Positions 37,801 to 52,800 of a stretch of 64,000 nt of DNA are shown here, piece by piece. A model generated the notes under the pieces. That model saw only the letters and a program-made list of their open reading frames with translations, searched no databases and was not told the origin of the DNA. The DNA is taken from assembly GCF_964355755.1 (NCBI RefSeq), contig NC_092671.1, positions 20,646,001 to 20,710,000 of the forward strand, in the 5' to 3' direction. Each line of letters starts with the position of its first letter. Position 1 is the first letter of the stretch. The DNA is from Antedon mediterranea. Its lineage: Eukaryota > Animalia > Echinodermata. Made by a program: the position numbers and the translations under genes.

Positions 37801-40800
37801 CTGTGAAAAAATATATATATTTGTGTGTGTCTTAATGCTGTTTGTGATTTAGGCTAATTTCACTACAAGCATGTGTATGCAAGTTTGGTGTAATGGTTCT
37901 GTAACAAGCCTTTCAATTAACAATAGCTTCAGTTGACAAACAATAGAACAGCAACACGAAAATCAAACAAGTGAATTTTAAAAGAAATAGGTTTTTTAAA
38001 CTACTCGCATCAAAAAAGGTGCAAATTAAATCAAATTATGTTATAAAATTACAAATCACCGATTATAACTCTTGCCTCTTGTACCAAAATGAAGTTTTTT
38101 GGACAAGTAGTTCTCGAGAAAATGCAATTTCAGTTGACTTATTACTTTAAGACTGCTCGCCGGCTTTTGAAAAATTCTGTCCTATCTTTTAACACTAGCA
38201 GGTCTGAAAAGTATACTAAAAAGTGGTTCAGAATTGGAACCATGGTCCCAAAATTTAATGGAATGGTCCTTGACCACATATCTATATGTATATTCATTTT
38301 GGTAAAGATCCTGTAATTACTTTTTGAGTAATCCTGCTAACAAACAAACAGACAGAAAAACAAACGCGATCGATTACATATACTGACCACATATCTATAT
38401 GTATATTCATTTTGGTAAAGATCCTGTAATTACTTTTTGAGTAATCCTGCTAACAAACAAACAAACAGACAGACAAACAAACGCGATCGATTACATATAC
38501 CTCCTTGGCGGAGGTAAATAATATTCTGAATTATCCCTTTGTGATGTGATCATTGTTTTGCAAAAAACAAATACTGTAGTACATCTTGCGATCACAGACT
38601 TCAGTTGTGGAACCCTCATCAAATATTACATTAGGGCAAGTGACTGAGATGGAGTTTTTGACACATATTTTAAATACCCATATCGAAATTAAGTATAAGT
38701 TATACAGTCAACTCTGCCAATACCGGACACCCTTGGGCGCATATATTTTCTGGTTTTTCGAAAGTCCGGTTTCCTGAAAACATACTTTTAAAGTCATCAC
38801 GTTGTCACTGAAAATGCTTTGAATCACCGGTCCGAATGCTGCCCGGTACGGTCTAGCGTAGGGAAGGCCTAGGCTATGATTGTGTCAAGCTAGTTTTAAT
38901 TAAATAATACTGATAGGCCTACTTTATTAATATTAAGCCAATTCAATTTACCTTTTTTAAAAGTTACATTATTTAATGTACCAATAAAACATTGTTTTTT
39001 TTTGTAAATTATTGTTTCTCAATGTGTTTTTAGCGGCAAAAAGGCCTAGGCTAGGCCTACGTACGTACGGTGAACATAATTTTGGTCGTTTATTGTTTAT
39101 ATCGCGAGCTAGCAGCAGCATGGGTGATAAAAATAGCAGAGCGGGGCTTTGATTGATGCGCATGTGCAGAGGTGTCATAATCAAATAAAAACACCCACAC
39201 TTAGACCACATGTTTTTTAAGCTCCTTTATTTTGACGTAATTTGATAGCAATAAACGAGCCAAGCAATAATGACACAATAATTAATTGGTAACATTTCAA
39301 AGTTTATTAACACTAGTTAAGTCAAGTTCATTCCGTTTACGTTTTGCCATAATGATTTCCAAATTTATAATGATGCACATTTTTAGTGAAACATTCCTTT
39401 TTAAAGTCCTATTGCAATTGTGAATTTAACAATAATTTAAACAAAACAAAGACACAAAGTGGAATGTAAATTTAACTTTATTAAAAAACAATTCATATGC
39501 TAAAAAACAGGGAGTTGTTAACAACTCTCTGCTAAAAACAATAGACATTAAGACATAGCGCTTCACCGCAGTTCGATACTCAACAAACCAATTGCCGCTT
39601 CGTGGGTTAACAATGAACTGACCTGTCAATCACAGTGTAGCGCTCCATGGCAACATTATTTGATCGTACCGCGAAACGTCGCGCACTTCATGCATGGTCC
39701 GGTCAGGGTATGGTTAAAAGTACATTGTGAATGTATTGAATCCGAGTCAGCGACGACGATGTTACGTTGTTTTCGTAAATATTTGGAGTTTTTTAACTGT
39801 CAGTCCGGTTTTCAGACGCTAATTTTCGTGTTTTGTACTTCATAATTTGTCCGGATTCCGGAATTGGGTATTCCGGTTTTCATAATAAATTACAGTACAT
39901 TTAGAATAGGGACAAATTGGGCCATCCAAAAAAGTCCGGTTTTCCGTGAATTCCGGTTTTGGGAGAGTCCGGTATTGGGAAAGTTGACTGTATATGGATT
40001 GTAATAACTAACTTGATTTATAGTAAACTGGATTTTATTAGGTTCTTTATTAAATATTTTATAAAATAACATATTTTTCCAACATTTGACAAGAACATAC
40101 AAGTGCATGCAATTGCAAGGTATAGAGGATTGCCAGATCACTAAACATAAAAAAAAAATATATAACTCTACCTTTCCCGAGTACAGGAATGTCTTACATT
40201 GTGCTAACAGACAATATATTAATTCTACTGTGACACCAGATTCCTTATTTTCATCATACATTTCAAGGAATTCGAAATTAGTTTTACAGTTTCCAAGTGT
40301 AGATAGAATACTGCACACTTCAAGCCTATGTTGGCTCTTCTCCTCTTCTGAACCAATTGTACTGGCTAATAGTAAAGTAACTACACGCTGTAAGGGCTAT
40401 AAATAAAGAAAGAAAGGGAGAACAAATTTCATTAGATCTCTTAATATTTGGTACATCTATCAAATCTTGTATCATATTTTTTAGAAATCGGCTTTAACAT
40501 GTTCTAGAATTAGCTACTGTGCCTTTCATTTTCAAATTAGATGTTCAAAATAACTCCTATTCTTCCATTAATTTAACATACTAGATGGTACGCTCGCTTC
40601 GCTCGCGTACCATCTCGGTCCTGCCCACAGATGGTTCTCGAATACACAGTAATTTCAGCGTAACAAAACTGGCGATTTCACTAAATGTACGTACCACAGG
40701 ACTACAATACATTGTCGTTTACAGAAACGAATAAATAGACACGATGATTTATGTAGTCAACTAAAATTAGCACCCTGGGAATTACTTCCGAAGGAGAAAC

Positions 40801-43800
40801 TTATCACAAAATGAGCCCAATTTTTTGATTTGGACTCATTTAAAGAAACCCACTTTGTGTTTTGTATGTAACATTAGGGTTGAGGGATGGGAAAGCGGAT
40901 AGGTACAAAGAGGAACAATTTTTAAATATATTCTTTATCCACTCAGTAACAAAATATTTTGTTCATGTTTTATAGGCCTATAAATAATATACCTCTAAAT
41001 ACAGTAAAATATTTGCGATTTAATACTTTGTTAAAACTGTCACTGTCATAATCGATTGAAATATTAAAGTACATGTAACGATACACCACTACGACGTTTA
41101 TATTATTGGTAATTAATGTGTTTATATCTAACAGTAGAGCCTAACCACAATCTCAGTAATTATATATCTAACAGTAGAGCCTAACCACAATCTCAGTAAT
41201 AAAGTTTATTTGTATATATTTTTATATTACATCTGTCAGTATAAAGTTTATTTGTATATAATAATGTGTTTATATATCTAACAGTAGAGCCTATCCACAA
41301 TTTCAGTAATAAAGTTTATTTGTATATATTTTTATATTAAATCTAACAGTACGAACATTCACAGAAAGAAATGTTAGCCCGAATGTTCGATTCAAATGAG
41401 GACCAACAATAGTTAATAGGTATTTACAGTATTGTCAAAGTATTGCAAGTTTATTCTTAAAGGGCCCATATATTTACCTACCGCATGTGTTAAACCAAGG
41501 GCTCATAAATTTACCTACTTGTGTTAAACCAAACTCTGGCAGACTGAGAGATTGGGATGTTCCATTCATCGCAAATCAATAGATTTGTATAAACGTATAT
41601 TAAATCTATCAAAATAGTATTTTTTATAGCAACATTATGATGCTGTACTCTAGCTGTTCAACCGATTTTCAGCCATTAAAAACAATTATCGTAGGAGGAG
41701 ATAGGAAAATGCGAAGCCTCCTCGCATTTTTGTGGCGGGTATTTTTCAAGATGGACATCCATTAGACAGTGTATACCACGATCGGAAAACACCCCTATTT
41801 GGGGCAAATCGTTGAACCTAAATTCGTTTTAATTGTCAATAACTAATTATCTAAATTAATTTAATTAGTAAACAGGGTTACATCAGGTGGATAAAATCAA
41901 TACCGAAAGTACGAACCAACTTTATATACCATCGAGTACAAATTCTAAAAGTAAGGCGCGATTTACCGAATTTTGCCCTTACGTAAATTTATATATAGAT
42001 ATCATAATGGATTTGATGCAGCAACGGTCGCTGTACAGGTAGTTCAAAATACGGAAGTGGAAGGACATTGCCACGTCAGCCAATCAGCGACTCACAACAG
42101 TTACCGAAGATTCAGCCAATCAAATCTAAGTCGAAGCTTGTTAATTTTTTAGTGAAATATGTTACGATAATTATCAAAGCCATTATGGCATATGCATAAT
42201 TGATAACAACTAGCTTCGCTCGCGTACCATCTAGGTCATGCCCACAGATGGTTCTCGAATACATAATAATTTCAGCGTTAAAAAACTGGCGATTTCAAAT
42301 GTACGTACCGCAGGACAATAATACATGTCGTTTACAGGAACGAATAAATAGACACTGTGATTTATGTACTCAACTAAAATTAGCACCCTGGGAATTACTT
42401 CCGAAAGAGAAACTTGAGAAAATGAGACCAATTGTTTAAGTCAAATTTAAACAAACTTAATTTGTGTTTTGTATGTAACATTAGGGCTGAGGGATGGGGA
42501 TGGGGAAGAGGATGGGTGCAAAGAGGAAAACTTTTTAAATATATTCTTTGTCCATTTAGTAACGAAATATTAATTGTTTTCATGTTTTACAAATAATATA
42601 CCACTAAACACAGTAAAACATTGCGATGTAATACTTTGTTGAAACTATCACGGTCCTAGTCGATTGAAATAGTACAGTACATGTAACGATACATCACTAC
42701 GACGTGTATGTTTATATAATGTAAAACAATTTGTGAAAACCACCTCTATTCGGGGAAAATCATAAATTCGATTTAATCGTCAATAAATATTAAATTATCT
42801 AACTCAACTTAAATAGTAGGCGTAATGGTTTTCAATTGTTTCTTAGAGCCAATTCATACTTAAGTTGGTTCCTACCCTACCCACCAAAGTTGTTCTGCGT
42901 TTAGGGCATGTGATGCACCGTTGGCCTATCCTCTACTGGCTTAACAACGCTACTCATGCCAGTGAGGGAAGGGTGATGATGTGGGTGGTTTAACTGCAAT
43001 AATAAAGATTTGTACATAATATACGGCGACTGAAAATGCTAGCTCATTATCCGTTTAAAAAAAAATTATATCCAACCTCTACCGCACAGATTGAAAAAAA
43101 AATGGATCGAATTTCTGTTATGAGTATACAGTACTTGCCTTTACGACGCCTGAGGGAATAGACACTTGTGGAACAGAGATTGGAATATTCCATTCATCGC
43201 AAATCAATACATTTGTATAAACGTATATTAAATCTATCAAAATATTAGTTTTTAAAGAAAATCGGCCCGTCTTCAACATTATGATGCTGTACTCGAGCTG
43301 TTCAACCGGTTTCCAGCCATTAAAAACAATTATCGTAGGAGGAGATAGGAAAATGCGAAGCATCCTCGTATTATTGTCTGCGGGTATTTTTCGAGACGGA
43401 CATCCATTAGACAGTGTATACCACGATCGAAAAACACCCCTATTTGGGGCAAATCGTTGAACCTAAATTCGTTTTAATTGTCAATAACTAATTATCTAAC
43501 TCAATTTAATTAGTAAACAGGGTTACATCAGGTGGTTAAAATCAGTACCTAGATTCTAACCAACTTTATATACCATCGAGTAAACATTCTAGAAATAACG
43601 CGCGATTTACCGAATTTTGCCCTTACGTAAATTTATATATAGATAAGTGTAGCTTTTTTTAAATGTAACATAGTCAAGTAAAAAATAATAAAAGAAATGG
43701 ATAGATAAAAAAAAATCAATACATAATAGATTCATTTAGCTGCATGCTGGTCGTACGAAACAAATTTGTAGTGATCAAAACAATGAAGTTACCAAGTTTT

Positions 43801-46800
43801 CTGCTGTTATTTTATTTATGCTCTACCTTGGTATTGAGCACTCCATCCTAACAGTCTGATAATTTCAACCTGAATATAGATTCATTTATATTTATTATGT
43901 ACAGCTGTGTGTGTATTTATGTGTGTATCATTATTAAGGAAATAAATATTTACCTGATTTTGCAAGAAGTAGATTGCTGCTGCCATCTGCATACATTGCT
44001 GTAATTCTAGCTTAAAATGACAAGCCAAAGTGTCACTGTCAACCAATTGTCTCCAGATACCAACCGCTTTGTTTAGTGGTTCCATTACATTGTTCTCTAA
44101 TCCTAAGTTACTTGTAGGTGCAATAAATGAACCAGAGTACAAAAGCTTTTCTTCCTCACATTTACTGGTTTGCTGAACTCTCTTATTATTTGTTATTTCA
44201 TCTTGTTTAATTGTTTCATATACCTGAAAATAATACTATAAACAATTATTATTATTTTATTCCTTGTATTTATAAGCCCTGAAAGTATGTCGGCAATAAT
44301 CTCCGGTGCTGTAAAATCCATGTCGGCATTTTAATAAAGTGTTTATTTTAAGTAATGGGCATGATCGCATGGTGGTGCTGGAAGTTTCAAATCGTTTTTA
44401 TGCCTAGCTAAGCCTAGAATAGTGTAGTGATATTAGGTATCCCAATGTAAAAATTTAAATTAATGATGGTACTTTTTCTGAAAAAAAAACTTTTGCAATC
44501 TAAATGATTGAAATCGGATTATCCATTCAAAAGTATGGTCCGTAAAGCTTCTTAAATTCCTTCGGTACATTTATTCCTAACGTACTTGCTTTATATAGTA
44601 GCTTGATAAATACTCCACTTATTAAATAATTTAATAAATCAGTAAAATTGACGTTTCGAAGCAAATATTCCATCCATGAGAAGCGACATTCGCCATGCCT
44701 CGTGTGCACGGAAGACTAGTTCCGAAAATGGAACAGTTCACTGCGGGGGTATCCAATCATAATTTAACGCGCTAATAAATGCATACCATGCAAATTGCCT
44801 GGGCGACGGTAATTTAGTAATAAACCGAGAACTGAACCGATTTACATTCAAAAAAATTACTCCACCACCTATTATGGCCGCTGTGCGATCGTGTTTTGAA
44901 AATGGGTAGGTGTTTTCCAAAGATATTTTTAGCACGCGGATTTCGGCTCGCCGGCTTTTGTACCTCATTTTTAACCCTTTCCCTACGTTTTTTAGATCTA
45001 ATTTAAGATCACAAACTATATCTAATGTAAAAATAATACTATTGGTCCTATTGCGATAACTTTTTTCGTCTTTGAATGATTAAAAATGTGAAAAATAAGT
45101 CGATTCTAATAATTATAGTGGCCCGCTATAAATCCCAAAATGCATTGAGCGCGGATTGATACTTTTGTTTTTCTTCTGTAATTCACCCACTTTTCGATCG
45201 ACCGTGAGGCCAAAACAAATGGAAGACATTTCAGCGAAAATACCGGGTTTTCCCCAATTTGTATCAACGGAGTCTGGCAAAAATAGAAAGACAATTAATG
45301 CAGCAACTATACAACGTCAGGCTAGGTATATTTCTAGCGTACGATGTTCGTACGTTACCGATGTTTACCAGCTAGGCCTACAAAACTAACAATACCCTCA
45401 AAGAAATAAAATAAATAAAGCATCGTGTCTCAAATCCTGTGGAAATTGTATGTGTATATTTCCATTACTTGACAGATCAAAATTTATACTGAACATGGTC
45501 AAAACTATTAACTACAAAAATTTACCTGACTTACAGTTGATTCCATTTCACACACATATAGCCAAAAGTATGCAAACGATAACTCAACAAGCTTATCCGA
45601 TTGCCTAGCAGCATCAGACTGATTAATTCTGGTTATATTGAGAAGTTGTTCCAATAATGATATTGCTTCCCTTAAACAATCCTCAGATGAACTAATCAAG
45701 ATAAAAACAATTTTTTTGAGGAATTTCTCAATACTGACCACCCAGAAAGGTAATTTACGTAGAACAAACATAGAATCAACTTTACATGGAAAGTGACCAC
45801 TATTGTTTGGGTTACATAATCGATTGAAAGGACTTGCTTCTTAGTTTATAAATTGGTCTTTTAGAATAAACAATTTTAAATTAATTACATTATCAATCCA
45901 TACCAGCAAATTTAATGCTTTAAATGCTATCGGCTGGTTGAAAAGACCAATTTTGTTATTAACAAACATTCGAGCACGTCAAAATACTGCTGGTGATGAC
46001 ATTTTCATGCTGCATTTTGACTGATAATTTCATGGAGGCACAAATTTAATTAAACAGCAAGAAATTCCCAGGGCCAGCCCAGGTTTGGATGGGGGGGGGG
46101 GGGGAGACTTAACATGTTTTTAATTGTACATGAATAATTTTAGCATAACTGAAGAGAAAAGTTTATATATTCCATATTCCCATTCCTTACAATGTGACCT
46201 ACAGTACAGCTAAAAATTACTGAAACATAACCCACTTTCCACCCTTCCATCAGAGGCATAGCAAAACAAAGCCTCTCGTAGTATCGCGATCCAAGAACAC
46301 TACCTTCTCGTGGTATCGCGTGGGATTAAAAAAAAACTTTCGTGGGAGCGTGATAAAAAAAGAACACTTTGTGGGTTGCGATCATAAAACAATGTCCCAC
46401 ACGTAGGCTACGAAAGGTTACGCGAGGAAACGAAGCAGTAATCAATAGCTATACTGTAGGACAATCATGAACAGTCATTTTTATTTTAGGTACTGCCTAG
46501 GCTAGGCCGCCTACTAGTTTAGCTAGAACTAGGCTGCATACATACACGTCAAACATACTTCTACCTCGGAAACAGAATGTGTTAGGTGTTGCCAAGTGCA
46601 GTTAGTTTTGGGAGATTCCACTGTATTAAGTCACACAACATGTGCTTAATTTTAAAAGATGATTGTCCCCCAAAATCATGAAAAATGAAGATGAATTAAA
46701 TCAGACATTGAATATGTTATTTTGTATTTTTAATAAAGTTAATCACTTCCATAGAAAAAAAAAATATTTTCACCTATAAATTGACAAAATAAATTATTAA

Positions 46801-49800
46801 ATTCAACCAAAAATCCATTGGCTGGCAGCCAATTTGACAATTTTTTGCTTTAAATTACAGTTCTTTCAGGTATATACATTTTTTTTCGACCCAATTTTTG
46901 GTCAAAGTGGATAACTATTATGTTACATAAAAATGGCATATTCAACAAAAATGTTGTTAAAAATTAATGCATCTTTAAGGTAAAATTGTGTGCATTTTCT
47001 TCAGAACATAATATAGTATGCATGGGGCAGTAATATTCCCTCATTCAATCAATCTTAATTCAATTGATTAATGTTTAATTGTTGTAATATATTTTTGGGT
47101 TGGCATATACTCACAAATCTGTGTCAAAATCTCTACATATGAGCAACTTAGCAAGATGAATAAGCATTACTGCTCGCTTCAATGCAAATTGCTCACAATT
47201 GTAGATCTCCAGTAAATCACATACCACAGCATACTGTTCAACAACAGTGTTATATCTGAGAGGAAAAAATCAACAACTTAAATTTCTTTACAACAAATAC
47301 TATTTAAAGATATATATATTTATCATTTATTTATAATAATGTTGACACTAAGCTTTTTCCAAATAAAAGATGAAATGAAAAAGAGCTCTTAGAATCATTC
47401 TAGGGCCTGAATATATCTGTTATGACCTAGCACTTAATTATTTTTATACCAACTCTCCATGACAGACATGAGAAACTTGTTTTTGGCTTTGGTAGCAAAC
47501 TAATCTCCTCAAAAGAAATACCGTAGCATGCACCCCCCTGTACATAATTCTGTTAGACAACTAAGGAATGGCAACTCCAATAAACTGGAAGTACCACTAG
47601 CTCGAACGGAAAGGTATAAACGATCACCAATCTCAACATTAGTCAAACCTTAAATAGATAATTTATTGAATTTTGGATTAATGCTTAAATTTAATTAATT
47701 TTTAATTGTACATATCTTTATAACTTTTAAATTAAATTGTAATTTTTTTAACTATACCGTAAATAAAAAAAACACTCTTGATTGTTTTTGGCTTTAAAAA
47801 ATGGTTGGCTAGGCCTAGCAGCCTTATGCCTCAAAAAGCTAGGTCTACAATATGTTTATTTAATAAACATATTTCAAACTTTTGACGAAACAAAAATTAT
47901 AAAGTAGCTAGTCGTGAGCCTAGATGCTATGAAAAGTGTTTTTAAATATGGTCTTTTTGCATCATTTGTGTACATTTTTTTAATTTTTGCCAGTATCACA
48001 TGTTGGTCTGAAAAACAAAAACAAATATTTTTCCTACCAAACTACACATTGTTGGGAATACCGAAAACAAATTTTTTTTTTTTGCCTTATAGAATCAATT
48101 TACTGTAAAACTTCTAATTGTAACCTTGGGTTATTATTCTTTGATTGTTTTTTTAGGGTGGGTTACTATTAGGAGTTTTACTATTAGAGTATTGGGTAAT
48201 ACTATTAATAATCTTAAATTAGGCACCTGAAAATAGTAACCCACCTAGTGGTGGGTCGAATGCTTACTTGTTTTGATTAGTCCTTCTTCACGATTTGTAA
48301 GTCAACATTTAATCTTATTTCTTATCTAAAGCTCTGTCCATCAGAGCAAGTCAACCAGCTTGTACCTGCTCTCCCATAGTTGTGTACAAAATACCAAATT
48401 TAAAGCCAAGGAAACATGATCTTGCTAGGCCTAGGTTTGGTGTGGCTACTAACTTTTGGCAGCCTTCGAGAAGCCCCTTATCAGGGTTTTGGCTCACTCA
48501 CAGATGTAAACAAAGTGGGCCTAGCCAACTTCCAATCCAGCCAATTACGAAATAGGTATGGAGCTCCCTGTATGTACTATACCAATCACACCGCTACATT
48601 TAATGGAACATTAATTACGGCAGGAGACATAGAGACAAATCCTGGTCCTGTCAAGAATCCTTGTGCAGTTTGTGAACGCCCTGTGGCAAGAAACCATCGC
48701 TATGTTCAATGTACTGATTGTCTTAAGGACTGTCATTTGAAATGCGGACGAATTGATCTAAAGCAAAATTGTTCTCTAAATTGGATATGCCCACGCTGCC
48801 TAATCCTTCAAATTTCTCCATATATTATGGATACGGAGATTATCGACTCTGACAACATTAACGTACCAAGACCAGAAAATATTAATGACATTGTTGATCT
48901 TGCAGTTTTCAAAAACAAAGGGCTACATTTGATTCATCTTAATGCTAGATCCCTTCTGCCCAAACTTTCTGAGCTCAAACTAATTGCAATCAATACCAAG
49001 GCAGACGTTATTTGTGTCACTGAGACATGGCTACATGCGTCAATCACAGACGACGAAATAAAAATGAATGGTTACAGCTCTGTCAGATGTGACAGAAAAT
49101 CAGATGCTCATGGTGGAACTTTAATTTATATAAAAGATAGCCTTGCTTTTAATGAAGTGCCTGTAACAGCAATCAGCAATCTGGAATCGGTATGGATTGA
49201 CATAATTTTACCCAAGTCTAAACCCATTCTAATAGGGTGTGTCTATCGACCACCGAATCAGCATTGCTTCATCGAGGATTTCAACACCCTAATTGGAGGC
49301 AATGAAAAAGAGACCATTATATTAGGTGATTTTAATATCAACGTTCTCGATCGAAAGAATCCCCTGACAAAACAGTATGAAGAGTTGCTGAATAATCATG
49401 GCATGGACCAATTAATTAAAGAACCATCCAGAATTACGTCAACATCATCAACATTGATAGACCACATATTGTGTAACAACAAGGACACAATTACTCATAG
49501 TGGTATACTCAAATATGGTCTTAGTGACCACTTCATCACCTTTTGTATTAGAAAAAAGTCTCGTGCTAAATTAAACGAACATAAATATGCCGAGTTTCGG
49601 TCTTTAAAAAATTATACACCCGAACTACTTAATTCTGCATTATCTGAAAATATAGACTGGTCTAACGTGTATAACTCAAACGATGTAAATATTGCTTTTA
49701 AAAATTTTCACCAGCACCTTATAACACTAATAGATAAAATAGCTCCAATGAAGCGTATCCGCATTAAATCAAGAACTGAAGAATGGATGACTGGAGACAT

Positions 49801-52800
49801 TCTTAGTTTGCTGCGTGAACGAGACAGGCTACTAAAAAGGTTCACTAACAACAAAACTCATTTAGATATTTATGAAGATTATGTTAAAATTAGAAATTTA
49901 GTTCAAATTAGTATTAAAAATGCTAAAGCCGATTTTATAAAAACCAAAATATTAGAAAATAAAGCTAAACCTAAGGAACTCTGGAGAACTTTAAAAAATC
50001 TAGGTTATAGTAATAAGAACATAAGTGATGCAAAGATAGTGTTAAAAAATGGAGATAGTACTATAAATGACCCTAAAGGTATTGCAACCGAATTCAACAG
50101 ATTCTTTACTCACGTTGCTCAGGATCTCAGAAATAAGTTACCTCAACAAAGCAATCAATATCTACCCGGTTCTAGTTACTTTAAAACTCATTATGATAAG
50201 AAAAATATTACCAAATTTAAGCTTGATCCTGTGAGTGAAGAATTTGTTGAAAAGTATTTAAGTTCACTAAATCCTAATAAAGCCACAGGACCAGACAACA
50301 TCCCTGCTCGTTTTCTAAAAGATGGAGCAACTTTCTTAAAAGGTCCCCTAACCCATATAATAAACCTTTCCCTTAAAACTGAAATTGTACCAGACCAATT
50401 TAAAATAGCAAAAGTAAAGCCGATATTTAAAAAAGGCGATCGTACTGACACAAATAACTACCGCCCTGTTAGCCTATTAAGTTGTACCTCTAAGATTCTA
50501 GAAAAGGCTGTGTATGTCCAGCTAGCCAGACACCTGGAAGATAATGATGTGATAACAGATTCTCAGTCTGGTTTCAGAGAAGGGTTTTCCACTGAAACCT
50601 GTCTTACTCATTTATTGGATCATGTGAAATCAAAAATGGCCAATGGGTTTCTTACAGGTATGGTTTTGCTGGACATTCGAAAGGCCTTCGATTCGGTCGA
50701 TCACTTCATTCTTTGTGATAAACTCAGAAGAATCGGATGCGATTCAACTAAATGGTTCCGCTCTTACTTGTCTAATAGGAAACAATTTGTTGAAATTAAG
50801 GGAGGTAAATCAAAAAATATGGCTATTGCACATGGCGTCCCCCAAGGGAGCATATTGGGACCTTTGCTGTTCCTAGTGTACATAAATGATGTTGTTTCAT
50901 CAGTTGAATCAAAATGTAAAGTGCTACTATATGCAGATGACTGTGCCATCTTGTATTCAGACCGAAACCCTAATACTATTTCGGCTGTACTTAGTGCTTC
51001 GTTAAATCTTTGTAATGATTGGCTTATTGATAATCGACTTACAATTCATCCAGGTAAAACTGAATGCATTCTGTTGGGAACGAAACGTCGATTAAAAAAT
51101 GTCTCATTCCAACTCAATGCCCTTGAATGTGATATCAAATCAACAGAGTCGGTAAGGTATTTAGGTGTCCAGATTGACCAACAGGCTTCTGGGAATCTGA
51201 TTGCCAATTCAGTAATAACTAGCGCAAATAGCCGTTTAAAATTTATGTACAGACAATCCAAATATCTTGATTTTGGTAGTAGGAAACTTCTCTCTTCAGC
51301 TCTAATTCAGCCTCTTTTTGACTATGCTTCCCCAGCATGGTATAATGACTCTTCTCAGGTTCACAAACTCAGGCTTCAGACTACTCAAAACAAAATATTC
51401 AGATTTATTACTCAATCAGATTCGAGATCTCATGTTGGTCAATCTGAGCTGAAATCAATCGGATATCTGAACGTCCCAGAAAGAGTTAAGTTCAAATGTT
51501 TATGCAATGTATATAAAATTTTTAATAATTCTGCCCCAATGTATCTAAATAGTAACTTTGTTCGTATTGTTGATTACCACTCTAGAAGGACACGTAGTGC
51601 CACAAATTTATATTTTAGGATTCCAATAATTAAGGGCTGCGAACAAAAAACTTTTTATTACAACTCAATAAAAGCCTGGAACGCTATACCATTATATGTT
51701 AAAAGTAATATTTCATTAGAAAATTTTAAATTGTCACTAAAAAAGCATCTCCTCAATATTTAATTCTCATGTGCAATAAATTATAAAAAGGTTTTAGCAT
51801 AATGCAGTAAATCAATAATTTTCTGTAATCTGTAAATTAAGAATAAATAATATAAATATAATAAGGGTAAAAATCAATTGTAATTTTGTTACTTTAGTGC
51901 AATAAATCAATTTTTGTATATATTTCTTATTATAAATCTTTCTTAAAACTGTAACTTAGGATTACATTTTTGATAAGTGTTAGATAAACTGTTATTTTTA
52001 AACTTTTGTATTTTTATGCTATTTTTTAAGGATTCTTTTGATGTAATTTGTATGTTCTTTATCAGTTCCTTGTTTTTAGGACCCAAGTGGAAATAAGTTT
52101 TTAACTTTTCTTGGCACTCCTAGTAATCAAGGCCTGTGTTTCTGTGCAATTGTTTTTTCTACTTTTTTTGCATTGTTTTTATTGTTTTTTAACCTTGATT
52201 ACTAAATAAAGAAATTCAAAATTCAAAACCCCTGTTTTTGTATAAATGTATGAATTCCCGTTTCAATTGTAATTTTATCTCCTTGTTTTCCTTTCATGTT
52301 AAAGCTGTTGGTTGTCGTACTCGTAATTCCAAATGTAATCTTCTTTATGTGCCGTATTGTCGTGTTAATGTTACCAAGAATGGATTTATTTCACGTATTT
52401 GTCTTCTTTTTAATAATTGTGTAGTTAAAGATAATTCTATTGATCTCTTTTTTGACCGTTATAATTGTTTTTGTAATAAAATTAGTAAAATTGTATAATT
52501 TTGTATTGTTGGATTTTAAGATTTATATATATATTTATATGTTATAGTTTATTCCATTCTGTAAGGGGCGGGTTTCCCGCTGTTGAATGAGTTTGAATAA
52601 AATTAAAATAAAAAATAACAGCAACTCATAGCAAAAGAATAAAACAGTACGAATAAACAAATTTGGTTGAACTCTAACTTTATTTTATAAACTCAAAAAC
52701 ACTAAATCCTCCCCCACTCCCATTATTATTATTATTAATATTATTTCAAAATACGGCTGCATCATTAGTTTTTGTGACTTTAATCGTATCCCCTATGTGT

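Noticed and set aside
50191-51261. Small ORFs overlapping the LINE RT
   Set aside because: Alternative-frame or antisense shadows of the main ORF
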